Virus record (IMG/VR): IMGVR_UViG_3300020595_003017
Span: 126,529 to 190,528 of that record
DNA: 64,000 nt
Direction: 5' to 3' (one strand)
From: a virus
A program made the translations under genes and the position numbers. The notes beneath the pieces are model-generated. The model made no database searches. It saw nothing but the letters and a program-made list of their open reading frames with translations, and was not told the DNA's origin. Below, in pieces: positions 38,688-49,201 of the stretch; the first letter of the stretch is position 1, and each line of letters begins with the position of its first letter.

Positions 38688-39680
38688 ATGGTATTATTTT
38701 TAGATAAAAAAGAGCAGGTCATTGAATTTGAATTAACCAATCACGGGAAACATTTATTTTCTGTAGGAAAGTTGGATCCTAAATTTTATTCTTTCTATGA
38801 TGATGACATTCTTTATGATTCAAATTACCAAACAGGTACAATTGGTGGAGCAGTTACATCTCCTGTTTTTGGCGAGCCACAAAATGCGATAGTTGACAGA
38901 ATAAAAGACACACAAAGAATAGGATTAACCACTGATTTTGTTGGGTTTCTAACCAACAATCAAATAGGAGAGGTTTCATTTGGAACGTTATCCAATGAAT
39001 TTAACCAGTCGGAACAAGGGGAACAACCTAATGGACCACGGACCTCTGATGGAGAAGAACAAACCCGTGGTGTTCCAATTTATATGGAAAAATTTCAAAA
39101 ACCCATAGGTTCAAACGATCCTTTTAAAGATTTTGCACCAGCTTGGTCCGTGAGATCAATTTCAGGTAGCAAACAATTTAGTGAAAATTACAATTATTCT
39201 ATAGGTGGCACGCCAAAACTAACTGCCAATCTAGATTTACAATATGGAACAAGAACTGAGCAAGCTTTTGATCCTGAGCAAGGAATTAATGTAGACAGGC
39301 CTGCTTATCAGCTTATTAAGAACGAAAGATTACTTTTAGATATTGAGGAATTAAATTCTGTTTTTAAGGAACAGGGTAATTTTGATATAGAAGTATATAA
39401 AATAACATCAGGCGGAGATGAAAAGATTGAGAAGCTACATTTTATAAACGATTTGTCTCCGGCGGCTGGAGATCTAAGAATACAAACAGATTTTTATTCT
39501 TTCGCTGGTCAAATATATGGTACCGAAGGTGAGATAGAAGAATATTTTGCAACTCTTGATAACTCGTATGTTGATTATTATTTATCGATAAGGGTTGATG
39601 ACGAGATAGATGAACCACTGCCGACTGGTAGTCCTTTGTACGGCAACAGAAGAACAACTATACCTGAGGATCCGTGTTAA
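38688..39680 (+). CDS. Putative structural protein, N-terminus paralogous to 46997..48034
   Basis: FLDKKEQVIEFELTNHGKHLFSVG...FYDDDILY aligns by eye with FLDNSGDIILDAVLTDTGRKRLAAG...ADDEIDY. Confidence 0.55.
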   Translation: MVLFLDKKEQVIEFELTNHGKHLFSVGKLDPKFYSFYDDDILYDSNYQTGTIGGAVTSPVFGEPQNAIVDRIKDTQRIGLTTDFVGFLTNNQIGEVSFGTLSNEFNQSEQGEQPNGPRTSDGEEQTRGVPIYMEKFQKPIGSNDPFKDFAPAWSVRSISGSKQFSENYNYSIGGTPKLTANLDLQYGTRTEQAFDPEQGINVDRPAYQLIKNERLLLDIEELNSVFKEQGNFDIEVYKITSGGDEKIEKLHFINDLSPAAGDLRIQTDFYSFAGQIYGTEGEIEEYFATLDNSYVDYYLSIRVDDEIDEPLPTGSPLYGNRRTTIPEDPC

Positions 39681-39692
39681 TGAGAGATAATA

Positions 39693-42600
39693 ATGGTTGA
39701 TAATAGATTACCAGCGCCAGGATTTATTAATCCACCAACAACATCTTTTGCGGGTGTTACAGGATATGTGTCTGCTGATTCTCCAACTGCCATATTTAAA
39801 TCCTCGGTACTTTTCAACAAAAATTCAAGTAGTCCAGTTTTAAAATCAAACTTAGAGTTTTACAATATATCTTCAAACTTGAGCAGTCCAGAAAATAACT
39901 GGTATTTGAATGAAGATATCTTGCCCGATTTAAGAGTTAGGACCATAATATCTTTTAACCCTCAGGCAACAAAAATACTAGATTTCCTCTCTCAGAGATT
40001 TAACGAATACCAGGCAGGTAAAATGAGCTTTAGAGGCAACGACAAAGCCTCTATATTATATGAGTCATTAATGGGTGCTGTTGATAATTCTTTTGTATCT
40101 AATAATGAAGACGATGAACTTTTCTCTCTTGAATTGTTTGATTCTATTATGGGTTCAGGCGGGCCTTATGACACTATAAATGTCACCAGAACCATAAAAA
40201 ATGGACCAAACCCTATTTTAAACTATAGTCAGGTGGATGACAGTGTAATGGATGGAGTTATGATACATGACGTCCCGCTGAAAAACTTCTTGCTTCACGA
40301 TGACAACAATGAGGTTATTAAAAAGAAGTTAAACTCTCTACCCTGGCAAGTCGGCAGACTGACAAACCAAGATAATTATACCGCAGAGATAGTATCCTCT
40401 AAAGGGTTTGAGATCGATTTAGCAAGCTTGGGCATTGAGACTTTTTTAGACCAAGCATTCTCTGTTTATTGTTATTGCTATTCGGACTACCAATCTTTCG
40501 TGGAGAGATATGATTCTAACATATCCGCTAACCCCCCTATAGACACATCAGCATTACGAAACGGAATGGGTTTTGTAGATATAAAAACTTTTAGTGGCAC
40601 TAGGACCAAATACATACCACAAGTTGGTGATATTGTAGCTGGACCAACTATTAGTGCAACAACGGAAAACCCAGATGCCAGAATGTTTTCTGATATTCGA
40701 CAAGATCAAAACATAACACCCGACAACCTAAGAGACAAATTGCAAGATACTTTTTACCGAACAATGGTCGGTGCCATTGGCGGAGAAAGAACAATATCTC
40801 AAACAATAAAGAACCAAAACCATTTCTCAGATTTATGGATATGTAAGGATCAAGAGGAAAATACTAGATATTCTTATGCTTTTGATTTGGCCTCCTATTT
40901 GTCAGAAAATAGCCCGTTTCCGTTTTTGTACATTAGTAATGGCACAAGCTCTGAATTACTTCGTGGCGGTGATTTTATAGAGTTTGGAGAAATATCAAAA
41001 GTTATTTCTAAAACAATGAAAAAAAGAAGAGTTGAAAAAAATTCATTTGTAGCAATAAATGATTTGTCAGTGCAAACGAGCAAAACGTATTATGATGACA
41101 GGTTAGGTTTTGAAAAAAACATAGGCGAGGCAATGGAGGTTCGGAACATATTTTTAAGTGAGGGTATTACAGACTACATTAAAATATACGAGGGTGTGTA
41201 TTTTAACAGAACCGAGAAAAAAACACAAGCAGATATAGATTGTCAGTACGGCGTAAATGTGACAGTTCATGACTCCTCACTACTATATCTCACTAGGGTG
41301 CAAACAGCTATGATGTCCCTTGAAAAAGCTGTTCGCAATGTGTATGATTCTATTGTTTATTCACCTCCTGGTGCAGGCATCTATAGTCAAAAAACTCAAA
41401 TGCTTGAAACCTCGCTTTCTAGTATTGCTGTGGGCGAAACTAACGCCGAAGAAGTTGTGACAGGCGCTATTGAATTTTATGTATCAATACTTGATAATTT
41501 TGGCGTTATTAGATCTGATGCACTGAACATTGCTAGAACAAATATGGAAACAAGAATTTTAGCCGGCGATACAGATGGTATAAAAAATGTTGCTGATCTT
41601 ATTTTGACTTTTTCTAACGAACTGAACTCTTTGTTGAGATCTTACTACCCGAATAATACGGGTGTCGATGGTAGTGTTAAAGAATCAAAAATTGAAACGT
41701 CACGTTCAAGTAAAAATATTTTGTTAAGAACAGAACATTACTTTAAAGAAACTAGTGATTACGGTAAGCATTATGGATCTGGGTATTCTTATCTGACCTC
41801 AAACGTGCCAAACTCTATAAATTCATTGCAGGGTTTGTCTAGAATATCAAAACAAGCACACTTATCAAGGGCTTCGACAGAATTTTCAAAATACTTTAAT
41901 ATTGCCGGATCCAACAATCCTAACGCTTTAACTGAGGGATTTGCAGATTCTTCTATTAGTTATTATTCACCGTTAAAAATTAGTGTGTACGGTAAACAAC
42001 CAGTTGATCAAACATCTTACAAGATTGATGAAGAAAATGCCCTTGACTTTGATTTTAATCGATATGCTGAACTGTTCGTTGATCTTTTAAAGCTTAACAA
42101 AAAACAAACACCGTTCCAGTTTTTGCAAAACAATTCTGTAAATGATACCTTTGAGACATCGCTAGGGAAACAAACACAAGATCTTTTTACCATGTTATCT
42201 TGTGAGGTGGTACCTAGTATTGATTTACAATTTGCGGAACTTGACCCGGCTAACATCAGGGACGATGTTTTAACAGTCATTGATAGAGGTGCCAAAAAAG
42301 AGTCAAGCACAGATGTGGGAACAACAGTACTCGGAGGAGGAGATGACGCCAGCACTGCATCCGGCGGAGTTACCTCAGCTAAAGAAACAATATCTGCTCT
42401 AGAAAAAAGCCTAATAGATAGTGATTTTGAAAACCTCAAGAAAGATGATGAAAGAAATAATGTTTCTGCGCAACAAAAAAAGATGCCAACAAAAATAATG
42501 TTTAATATTCTAGGTGAACTGTTTGTAAATAGTGGTATGAATGAGACAAACTCTTTAGACTATAACTCAATTGAGTTTAATTCTTTGAGCAATTTAGCTA

Positions 42601-43217
42601 GCATTTTAGGCGTGAGTTCTCAAAACATTCAAGATATTTTAGAGGGCAGCGTCGCATCATCTTTACCTAACCAATTAAAATCCATGATTGTTGTGGCCAC
42701 AATGAATGAAGGATTATCTTTTGGAAATGGGTTTGACGCTGTTCGTCCCAAATTAAAAGATAAAGTTGAAATTTCAGGTAACAATTATATATCCGCCGTC
42801 TTTAACGAGGGCGAGTACCCACCCTATGAGAGAACCGGTGACCCCATGAAAGCGTACGCTAAAATGTTAGCTTTCTGGATGAACTATAAACAGCTTGCTT
42901 GTGTAGAGTATTTGGCAGGGTTCTCTTCAGTAAATTCAAACTCAGTGTCTAAATACTACATTCAAAAAAATGAAGATGACAGTTATTACTACAAAGCAAA
43001 GAGACCGGTTTGGAGAAAGTTTACACGAGCTTTTTATGAAAGTAACATAGATAAGAAGTTTTTGTGTAGGCTTCGACCCATAGGTGATTTGGATTTATCC
43101 CCAACAGATAATTTTGTAGATAAATTTAGCGCCAATTCGTTTGTTGACAAATCAGATGTTTTTGATTTGCCTATTTACAACAGGTATTTTCTGTTGAACG
43201 GTGAGACTGGAGACTAG
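39693..43217 (+). CDS. Large hypothetical protein (1174 aa), probably virion-associated
   Basis: Uninterrupted ORF in the structural block; no motif recognised. Confidence 0.65.
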   Translation: MVDNRLPAPGFINPPTTSFAGVTGYVSADSPTAIFKSSVLFNKNSSSPVLKSNLEFYNISSNLSSPENNWYLNEDILPDLRVRTIISFNPQATKILDFLSQRFNEYQAGKMSFRGNDKASILYESLMGAVDNSFVSNNEDDELFSLELFDSIMGSGGPYDTINVTRTIKNGPNPILNYSQVDDSVMDGVMIHDVPLKNFLLHDDNNEVIKKKLNSLPWQVGRLTNQDNYTAEIVSSKGFEIDLASLGIETFLDQAFSVYCYCYSDYQSFVERYDSNISANPPIDTSALRNGMGFVDIKTFSGTRTKYIPQVGDIVAGPTISATTENPDARMFSDIRQDQNITPDNLRDKLQDTFYRTMVGAIGGERTISQTIKNQNHFSDLWICKDQEENTRYSYAFDLASYLSENSPFPFLYISNGTSSELLRGGDFIEFGEISKVISKTMKKRRVEKNSFVAINDLSVQTSKTYYDDRLGFEKNIGEAMEVRNIFLSEGITDYIKIYEGVYFNRTEKKTQADIDCQYGVNVTVHDSSLLYLTRVQTAMMSLEKAVRNVYDSIVYSPPGAGIYSQKTQMLETSLSSIAVGETNAEEVVTGAIEFYVSILDNFGVIRSDALNIARTNMETRILAGDTDGIKNVADLILTFSNELNSLLRSYYPNNTGVDGSVKESKIETSRSSKNILLRTEHYFKETSDYGKHYGSGYSYLTSNVPNSINSLQGLSRISKQAHLSRASTEFSKYFNIAGSNNPNALTEGFADSSISYYSPLKISVYGKQPVDQTSYKIDEENALDFDFNRYAELFVDLLKLNKKQTPFQFLQNNSVNDTFETSLGKQTQDLFTMLSCEVVPSIDLQFAELDPANIRDDVLTVIDRGAKKESSTDVGTTVLGGGDDASTASGGVTSAKETISALEKSLIDSDFENLKKDDERNNVSAQQKKMPTKIMFNILGELFVNSGMNETNSLDYNSIEFNSLSNLASILGVSSQNIQDILEGSVASSLPNQLKSMIVVATMNEGLSFGNGFDAVRPKLKDKVEISGNNYISAVFNEGEYPPYERTGDPMKAYAKMLAFWMNYKQLACVEYLAGFSSVNSNSVSKYYIQKNEDDSYYYKAKRPVWRKFTRAFYESNIDKKFLCRLRPIGDLDLSPTDNFVDKFSANSFVDKSDVFDLPIYNRYFLLNGETGD

Positions 43218-43218
43218 T

Positions 43219-46200
43219 ATGCCTTTTAATTGGAACTTTGGCAACGATGATTTAAATAATCGCCAAGATAGAAATAACGAGAACAGACCGGCGGAGCCAA
43301 AAGGTGACCCTGCGGACCCGCCCAGAGACAAGTCCGGCGTAGACGTAACTCTTGCTGCTCTTGTGCAACAAATTCGCACAGGTGAAGGTGGTATACCACC
43401 ATTTCTAGATTTATACCTAAATTATTTACGTCTAGCGGTTGATGGCGCTTTTGGTCCTGGGGATGCTGTCAAAGCGCAAAAAAATCTCAGGTTTTTTGAG
43501 GATTTCTCAACATTTCTTACCAGAAATCCAGATCAAGAAATACCGGAGGATGGTATCGAGCGGCTAAGAATGTTTATAGAAGAAGCCTACAATTTTAGAG
43601 ATTCCGAAGAATTTGAACGAGAAAGACAAACTACCCGAAACGGACCTGACGGAGGACTTGAGATTGTAGCAGAAGAGGATACAAGGGCTGGCAAACTTAG
43701 AAGACTTATGCAAGCCGGAGTTGCTCTTATACCCCCTAATGATACCGATGAAGACATTGATAGGGCTTTGAATAGAGTCCGCCGACGAAGGATTGAGGCA
43801 AGAGAAAGACGCAGACAAAGAGAGCGTGAAAGCAGACTCTTCCCGGAGCAACAAGAGGGACCCCAGGGTCGAACAAGAACGATCATGGCCAAACGACCTA
43901 TTGGTGATGCTACACTAGATCCTATAACAAGATATTATCATTTAAATTTTCAAGCGGGTAGTGCATTTACAAAACCCTCTGATGATGCCTTATATCGTGT
44001 TGTAGTAGGCGACATGCAGCAGCGAGCATATGCCAAATTATCTATGAACCAAGTATTCGAACCATCGACAAATCAAGTATCCCAAATAGCTAGATACAGG
44101 GGAACTGACCTATCAATAGCCAATGACAGGGTTAACTGGTCTTTGGGCGGCTATGCATTCGAACAAATGCCTATGGGATATCAAAATGCACCACAGCAAA
44201 TTAATAAGTGGAACTTTTCTTTTACTGCTGGCGACAATGGTGTGGTTCCTCGCAATGCGGACGAAAACCCACCAAGTGAGCAGGAGCTTGCAGGTGTCCC
44301 AAGAAACTTATTTACCTCTAATGAGGGAGGTGAATTTGGACAAGTAGAACAATTTAATTTTCCTGCTAGGATGAATGATTTGGCACTAGCTGCTTTCCCA
44401 GACCCAGTTGAGTATTTTGGTGCTCAGGCTGCAACACGTTTGATAAATGCCTCTTTTAGAATACCGGCTGAGGGACAGCCATATCCTCAAGCCGACTTGT
44501 TGAAGATGCAAAAAATGCTAGGAATTGGTGGCTGGCAACTCAATGTTAATTCTTTTTTGCGTGCATATGCGGAAGACGAAAGATTTAACATAAATCCCTA
44601 CAATTCTGACGGATATGTTTTCTATAGAGCTATTAGAGATTACTTTAACATAACTGAGGGCAGTGTAAAAGACCGGTTGCTTTTTATGGCAGGACTTTCT
44701 TCGTCAAGTGCCAGAGAGGTTATCGAAAATACATTTGTGTCTTACAGCTTCTATAATTTTAAAGCTTATACAGGTGTAGCTAGAGACTTATACGGACATA
44801 AGATGGCTGAAGCCGGAGGTAGCTTTGACGGCTCAATATTTGGCTACATAGACCCAGAGTATAATTATTTTGACGCCAAGTACGAAACAGCAACTGCTGG
44901 ATCCAGCATACCACATGCTTTGTTGCCTAACTTTTATACTTACATAATAGCTTCAAATACAACATTGCCCGAGACTCCAGATAATGGCTCGGTTGATTTC
45001 TTAGGTGGAGATAGAGCATCAACTATTCGATCGCAAGCAATACAGCAAATAACTCTTGGAGAATTTTCTGAACAATTATTGCCAAGTCTTGGCGATGAAA
45101 ATGTTTCCTCTTATCTTGATAGTTATGCAGAGGCCATTGGTTCTGGACTTGTTACATCCCTTGGGTCACAATTAACTAGACTGTATAGAAATCTTGGCGT
45201 TCCTGCGGGGGAAATAGACATATTCAACCGTTTAAATTCTAGATCAAAAACTTTTCCCATGTGCATGAAGATAGGCGTACCAACTGGACCAATTGGACCC
45301 ATCGGGGCACTGATAGAACAAACAGGAACCAGTACCTCGATAATGAATATACTAGTTGAGACATCAACTGTTTCTGAAGAATTTCAATTTAAGTGTAACG
45401 CCTATCAGGCACCGGTAAATCCAGAAGATCCTTTTGACGTGGAGTCACCAGAAAACGGAGTTCAGTTAGCTAACTTAGCAATTAGAAGAAACTCTGTTGT
45501 TTATGACTTTGACACATGGATAGAGGGTATACAAACAACGAGCGAGAACATTGCTAGCATACAAACTGGTGGCAATAGCTATAGAGCCGGCGGAGAGAGA
45601 ATGCCAAATGAAGTTGTTACTTTATCTGGACAGCACTTTGTTGATAATCTTAAACTTGCAGTTAAGTCAAAAGCAGATGAAGTTACCGTAACGTATGTAA
45701 ATTTACTAAGCTCAGTCTATGAATCAACTGAATCCCACAGTGAAACTTTTATGTATAAGTTAAAAAAATTCACTACAAACTTAGACGGTGCCGCTAAAAC
45801 TTTAGTTAATGAATTTTATTTTCCTAACACGCAATTGTCTGAAATTATAGAGTATGTTGATACACAAGTCAAATACGAACAGACATATCAATACGAACTA
45901 GTTGGGTATGAGTTAGTTTTTGGTTCAGAATTTAAATTTCGGACAAATGCATATGAATCTTCAGGGGGAGGCTGGCCAGCGAACGTCCCCAGGGCTTTGT
46001 ATTTTGATTTCTATGTAGAGACCTTGCCAAATATTAAAGTAATTGAATACCCGATATTCACAAAAGAGTGGAATGAAGAAAATATATTAAATGATAATTT
46101 TGGTGGTGGTGTTTCATATCCGCTAGCTAGGGTAGTCGATAATCCACCAGTTCAACCGAACGCTTTCATATATCCGTATAAAGACAATTACAGGCAAGTT

Positions 46201-46887
46201 CTGATGAATTTTCAACCGATGAATGATAACCGTGTTGAAAAATATATTGCCATGACAGATGCAGAAAAAGAACAATTTGAAAACATATCAAAAACGCAAA
46301 AAAGATTAACAAACTTTGACCTAGAAAAAGGTAGTGTTCGATTTAAAAATGAGGGATTAGAGGAAATACACAGTGTCCAAGTTTTCAGGAGTGAAACAAT
46401 AGAACCTCATTTTGATGAAGATCAATCACTTTATGATAACTTTAAAGGTAAACTTTATGCGACAATATTACAAGAGGGTGGACTAGATTTAGTTGATACG
46501 CTGGTACCAAATCAAAAATATTATTATATGTTTAGAAGTGTCGATAGACACAATCAAGTTTCTAATCCATCTGAAATATATGAGGTTATGTTATCTTATT
46601 CCGAAGGTGTTTATATACCGAAGATAAAATTGTACAACCCTGAGAAAACATTGGTACAAAACACAAAGCCATCTAAAAAAATGGCTAGATTTATAGAGAT
46701 AAAAGCTGCTGATATTCAGAGCTTAACTTTTGATGAGCGTAACGATACTGGTGACTTAGTAAGATCTCGCAAGGGACTTGTTAGTGAAGAGGATGATAAA
46801 GTGACAGAAAGCAAATTCTTAGTCAGATTGGTGTCTAGGGATACTGGTAGGAAAATAAATATAGTTGTTGATTTTAGGGAAAGATAA
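43219..46887 (+). CDS. Large hypothetical protein with C-terminal fibronectin-III-like segments
   Basis: ATG at 43219 follows a GGAG RBS (preferred over the GTG at 43201). YVDTQVKYEQTYQYELVGY and VDTLVPNQKYYYMFRSVDRHNQVSNPS are FN3-like endings. Confidence 0.6.
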   Translation: MPFNWNFGNDDLNNRQDRNNENRPAEPKGDPADPPRDKSGVDVTLAALVQQIRTGEGGIPPFLDLYLNYLRLAVDGAFGPGDAVKAQKNLRFFEDFSTFLTRNPDQEIPEDGIERLRMFIEEAYNFRDSEEFERERQTTRNGPDGGLEIVAEEDTRAGKLRRLMQAGVALIPPNDTDEDIDRALNRVRRRRIEARERRRQRERESRLFPEQQEGPQGRTRTIMAKRPIGDATLDPITRYYHLNFQAGSAFTKPSDDALYRVVVGDMQQRAYAKLSMNQVFEPSTNQVSQIARYRGTDLSIANDRVNWSLGGYAFEQMPMGYQNAPQQINKWNFSFTAGDNGVVPRNADENPPSEQELAGVPRNLFTSNEGGEFGQVEQFNFPARMNDLALAAFPDPVEYFGAQAATRLINASFRIPAEGQPYPQADLLKMQKMLGIGGWQLNVNSFLRAYAEDERFNINPYNSDGYVFYRAIRDYFNITEGSVKDRLLFMAGLSSSSAREVIENTFVSYSFYNFKAYTGVARDLYGHKMAEAGGSFDGSIFGYIDPEYNYFDAKYETATAGSSIPHALLPNFYTYIIASNTTLPETPDNGSVDFLGGDRASTIRSQAIQQITLGEFSEQLLPSLGDENVSSYLDSYAEAIGSGLVTSLGSQLTRLYRNLGVPAGEIDIFNRLNSRSKTFPMCMKIGVPTGPIGPIGALIEQTGTSTSIMNILVETSTVSEEFQFKCNAYQAPVNPEDPFDVESPENGVQLANLAIRRNSVVYDFDTWIEGIQTTSENIASIQTGGNSYRAGGERMPNEVVTLSGQHFVDNLKLAVKSKADEVTVTYVNLLSSVYESTESHSETFMYKLKKFTTNLDGAAKTLVNEFYFPNTQLSEIIEYVDTQVKYEQTYQYELVGYELVFGSEFKFRTNAYESSGGGWPANVPRALYFDFYVETLPNIKVIEYPIFTKEWNEENILNDNFGGGVSYPLARVVDNPPVQPNAFIYPYKDNYRQVLMNFQPMNDNRVEKYIAMTDAEKEQFENISKTQKRLTNFDLEKGSVRFKNEGLEEIHSVQVFRSETIEPHFDEDQSLYDNFKGKLYATILQEGGLDLVDTLVPNQKYYYMFRSVDRHNQVSNPSEIYEVMLSYSEGVYIPKIKLYNPEKTLVQNTKPSKKMARFIEIKAADIQSLTFDERNDTGDLVRSRKGLVSEEDDKVTESKFLVRLVSRDTGRKINIVVDFRER

Positions 46888-46996
46888 AACATTGTTAGAT
46901 ACTCAAAATCTTGTTTTATTCAAAAATAGATACAAATTATCATTTGCAGACTAATTAAGATATGTTATGTCTGTAGGATTACAGCGGAGATAAAAA

Positions 46997-48034
46997 ATGG
47001 CATTTTTAGATAACAGTGGCGATATAATTTTAGATGCAGTGTTAACCGACACAGGAAGAAAAAGACTTGCGGCTGGTGATGGTAGTTTTAGAATTGCAAA
47101 ATTTGCTTTAGCCGACGATGAAATCGACTACAATCTCTATAATTTAACTCACCCCAGTGGTTCAGCCTTTTATGACCTTAACATTTTGCAAAGCCCCGTC
47201 TTGGAGGCTTTTACTAATAATACGTCTTTGTTGAAATCTAAACTGATATCCTTTGCCAGGGGTGATCTTCTTTATCTTCCTGTGATTAAGCTTAACAATA
47301 AAAAATTCCCAACAATTGATTTAGCATCGGGAATCAGTGATACTGATATTCCTGGTGGCGGTTATGTTTTAACTGCTGACCACGCTACATCGAATGTTAA
47401 CAACTCATCGTATACGGCTAATTCCTTATTAACACAAGCTGATGCTGATGGGGTTATCCGGGGCCGAGCACCTTTTGCAAACGTGTCCAGACCCATCATC
47501 ATGGATCAAGGCTTGGATACTCCCGATCTATCTGCTGGAAAACTTGCAAATGGTGACCCTTTAAAAGAAACACAATATTTAGTAGAAGTAGATTATCGTT
47601 TTGTTCGAGTTTCTACTCCTGCTGCTCCGGGCACACAAGCTAGTCCGTCATTCATAGACGACGATGACATTGCAACTTATTACTTCTCTTTGAATTCAAA
47701 CTCAGAATATTTTGCATCTCCTGATGGTAGCGCACCCAAGGATATACCAGCTTATCAGTTGGACAACAATAACGAAGAAAATGCTGATAAATTAAGTGTA
47801 ATTGGCAATGCATCAACAACAGGTAGATATGGTAGTAGGTTCGCAGTTCAATTATTGGCAAGCGATGACGTTGCAACCAGTAATACTTTGTTCTCAAAGT
47901 TGGGCGGCACAACTGGCGCTAACTATTTAGGTAGTGGGGCACAATTTAGGTTTATTGACACAGTAATAAGAATCACAGGATTTACAACTGGGTATCGTGT
48001 TGATGTGCCACTAAGACTAATTAAAAAGATATAA
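46997..48034 (+). CDS. Putative baseplate/tail structural protein
   Basis: DAVLTDTGRKRLAAG...IAKFALADD resembles the N-terminal part of the tail-fibre baseplate-anchor (DUF3751-like) domain; GGAG RBS. Confidence 0.55.
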   Translation: MAFLDNSGDIILDAVLTDTGRKRLAAGDGSFRIAKFALADDEIDYNLYNLTHPSGSAFYDLNILQSPVLEAFTNNTSLLKSKLISFARGDLLYLPVIKLNNKKFPTIDLASGISDTDIPGGGYVLTADHATSNVNNSSYTANSLLTQADADGVIRGRAPFANVSRPIIMDQGLDTPDLSAGKLANGDPLKETQYLVEVDYRFVRVSTPAAPGTQASPSFIDDDDIATYYFSLNSNSEYFASPDGSAPKDIPAYQLDNNNEENADKLSVIGNASTTGRYGSRFAVQLLASDDVATSNTLFSKLGGTTGANYLGSGAQFRFIDTVIRITGFTTGYRVDVPLRLIKKI

Positions 48035-48049
48035 GGTAAGGTATAAAGT

Positions 48050-49189
48050 ATGGCTACGTCTTTTAAATCGCTTTTAAACCAAGACATTCAAAACACAAGA
48101 ACAAAACTCCACGAGTCAATCCCTTTGACTGGGACAGTTATTTCAGGAACATATACGGACCTGAATATCAAAAACTATGCCCACGGAATGTTTCAGTCCG
48201 TTTACGACTATCCTTTTCTTAGCTCTTCAGCTAATCATATAATGGACATTACATTGGGATATGCCTCGGCTTCGAACTTTTCCTCATCGGCAGCAACACA
48301 AAATACACAAAAAATACAAATATACAACCAAATGGCACAAGTTCTTGTAGGCCATGATGCAACTGGTAGTATTAGAAACTTTGATGAGGATGGCAACTTA
48401 TCCTCTGGTGCAAAGTTGAAAGAGTGTTTCTTTGTTAATTTTGCTAGGCTGATAACAAAAGACGAGATACAAAAGGGCACATTCTCAATGACCTTGGGTG
48501 TTGATACCACGGGTAATGCAGGATCTAATAATACCAGACAGCTTGTATTAACGGACGCTAGTGGTACCAATGGATTTAAATCTAATTCTCCTGCTGGTGA
48601 GTATGGTATACTTTTTGTAACCGCATCACAAACTGGGGTGTTAGCAGCCTCGATGCCTAACGGCGGCGGAGTTGCTTGCGGGCTGCTGTATTATCAGGCA
48701 GGTATAGCAGTTTTGACCTCATCTTTGTTTATCTCAGAATTTAGTGGCGGGCTCCTTAACCATGGTCTGTTTGCAGGAAGTAATTTACCTCCTGTCAACA
48801 AGGGCTATATTAATATGATTAGTGGAAACACAGCAGCGACAGCATTCACTATGCAGGATGTTCTTGCCACAGCCTCTATATCTGGAGCCGCTGACGCTCT
48901 AAGAAATAGAATTCAAAATCTTTCGTTCAACAATACGACAGAATTAAACTCTACAATTTATATGTGTCGTGCGAACGCCAACGACTTTAATTACTCTAGT
49001 AACCCAACTTATGTATCGGCTAGTAAAATACGAGTTAAAGACGTTCGGGGCGACCAGCCAATTTCTTATATAACAACAGTCGGACTTTATTCTCCTGATA
49101 ATGAGCTTTTGGCGGTGGCAAAATTAAGTGAACCACTTAAGAAAACACCAGCAAACGAGTTTACTTTAAGAGTTCGGCTAGATTATTAA
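48050..49189 (+). CDS. Putative tail/baseplate structural protein (paralog of the next gene)
   Basis: C-terminal NDFNYSSNPTY...YITTVGLYSPDNELLAVAKLSEPLKK...FTLRVRLDY. Confidence 0.6.
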   Translation: MATSFKSLLNQDIQNTRTKLHESIPLTGTVISGTYTDLNIKNYAHGMFQSVYDYPFLSSSANHIMDITLGYASASNFSSSAATQNTQKIQIYNQMAQVLVGHDATGSIRNFDEDGNLSSGAKLKECFFVNFARLITKDEIQKGTFSMTLGVDTTGNAGSNNTRQLVLTDASGTNGFKSNSPAGEYGILFVTASQTGVLAASMPNGGGVACGLLYYQAGIAVLTSSLFISEFSGGLLNHGLFAGSNLPPVNKGYINMISGNTAATAFTMQDVLATASISGAADALRNRIQNLSFNNTTELNSTIYMCRANANDFNYSSNPTYVSASKIRVKDVRGDQPISYITTVGLYSPDNELLAVAKLSEPLKKTPANEFTLRVRLDY

Positions 49190-49201
49190 TGGCGGTTTGT
49201 G

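Noticed and set aside
46888-46996. Rho-independent terminator or small RNA in the largest structural-block gap
   Set aside because: AT-rich with no convincing GC stem followed by a U-tract.
48041-48049. TATAAAGT as a T4-type late promoter (TATAAATA)
   Set aside because: Imperfect match, directly abutting the ATG, and no exact TATAAATA was noticed in the intergenic gaps.
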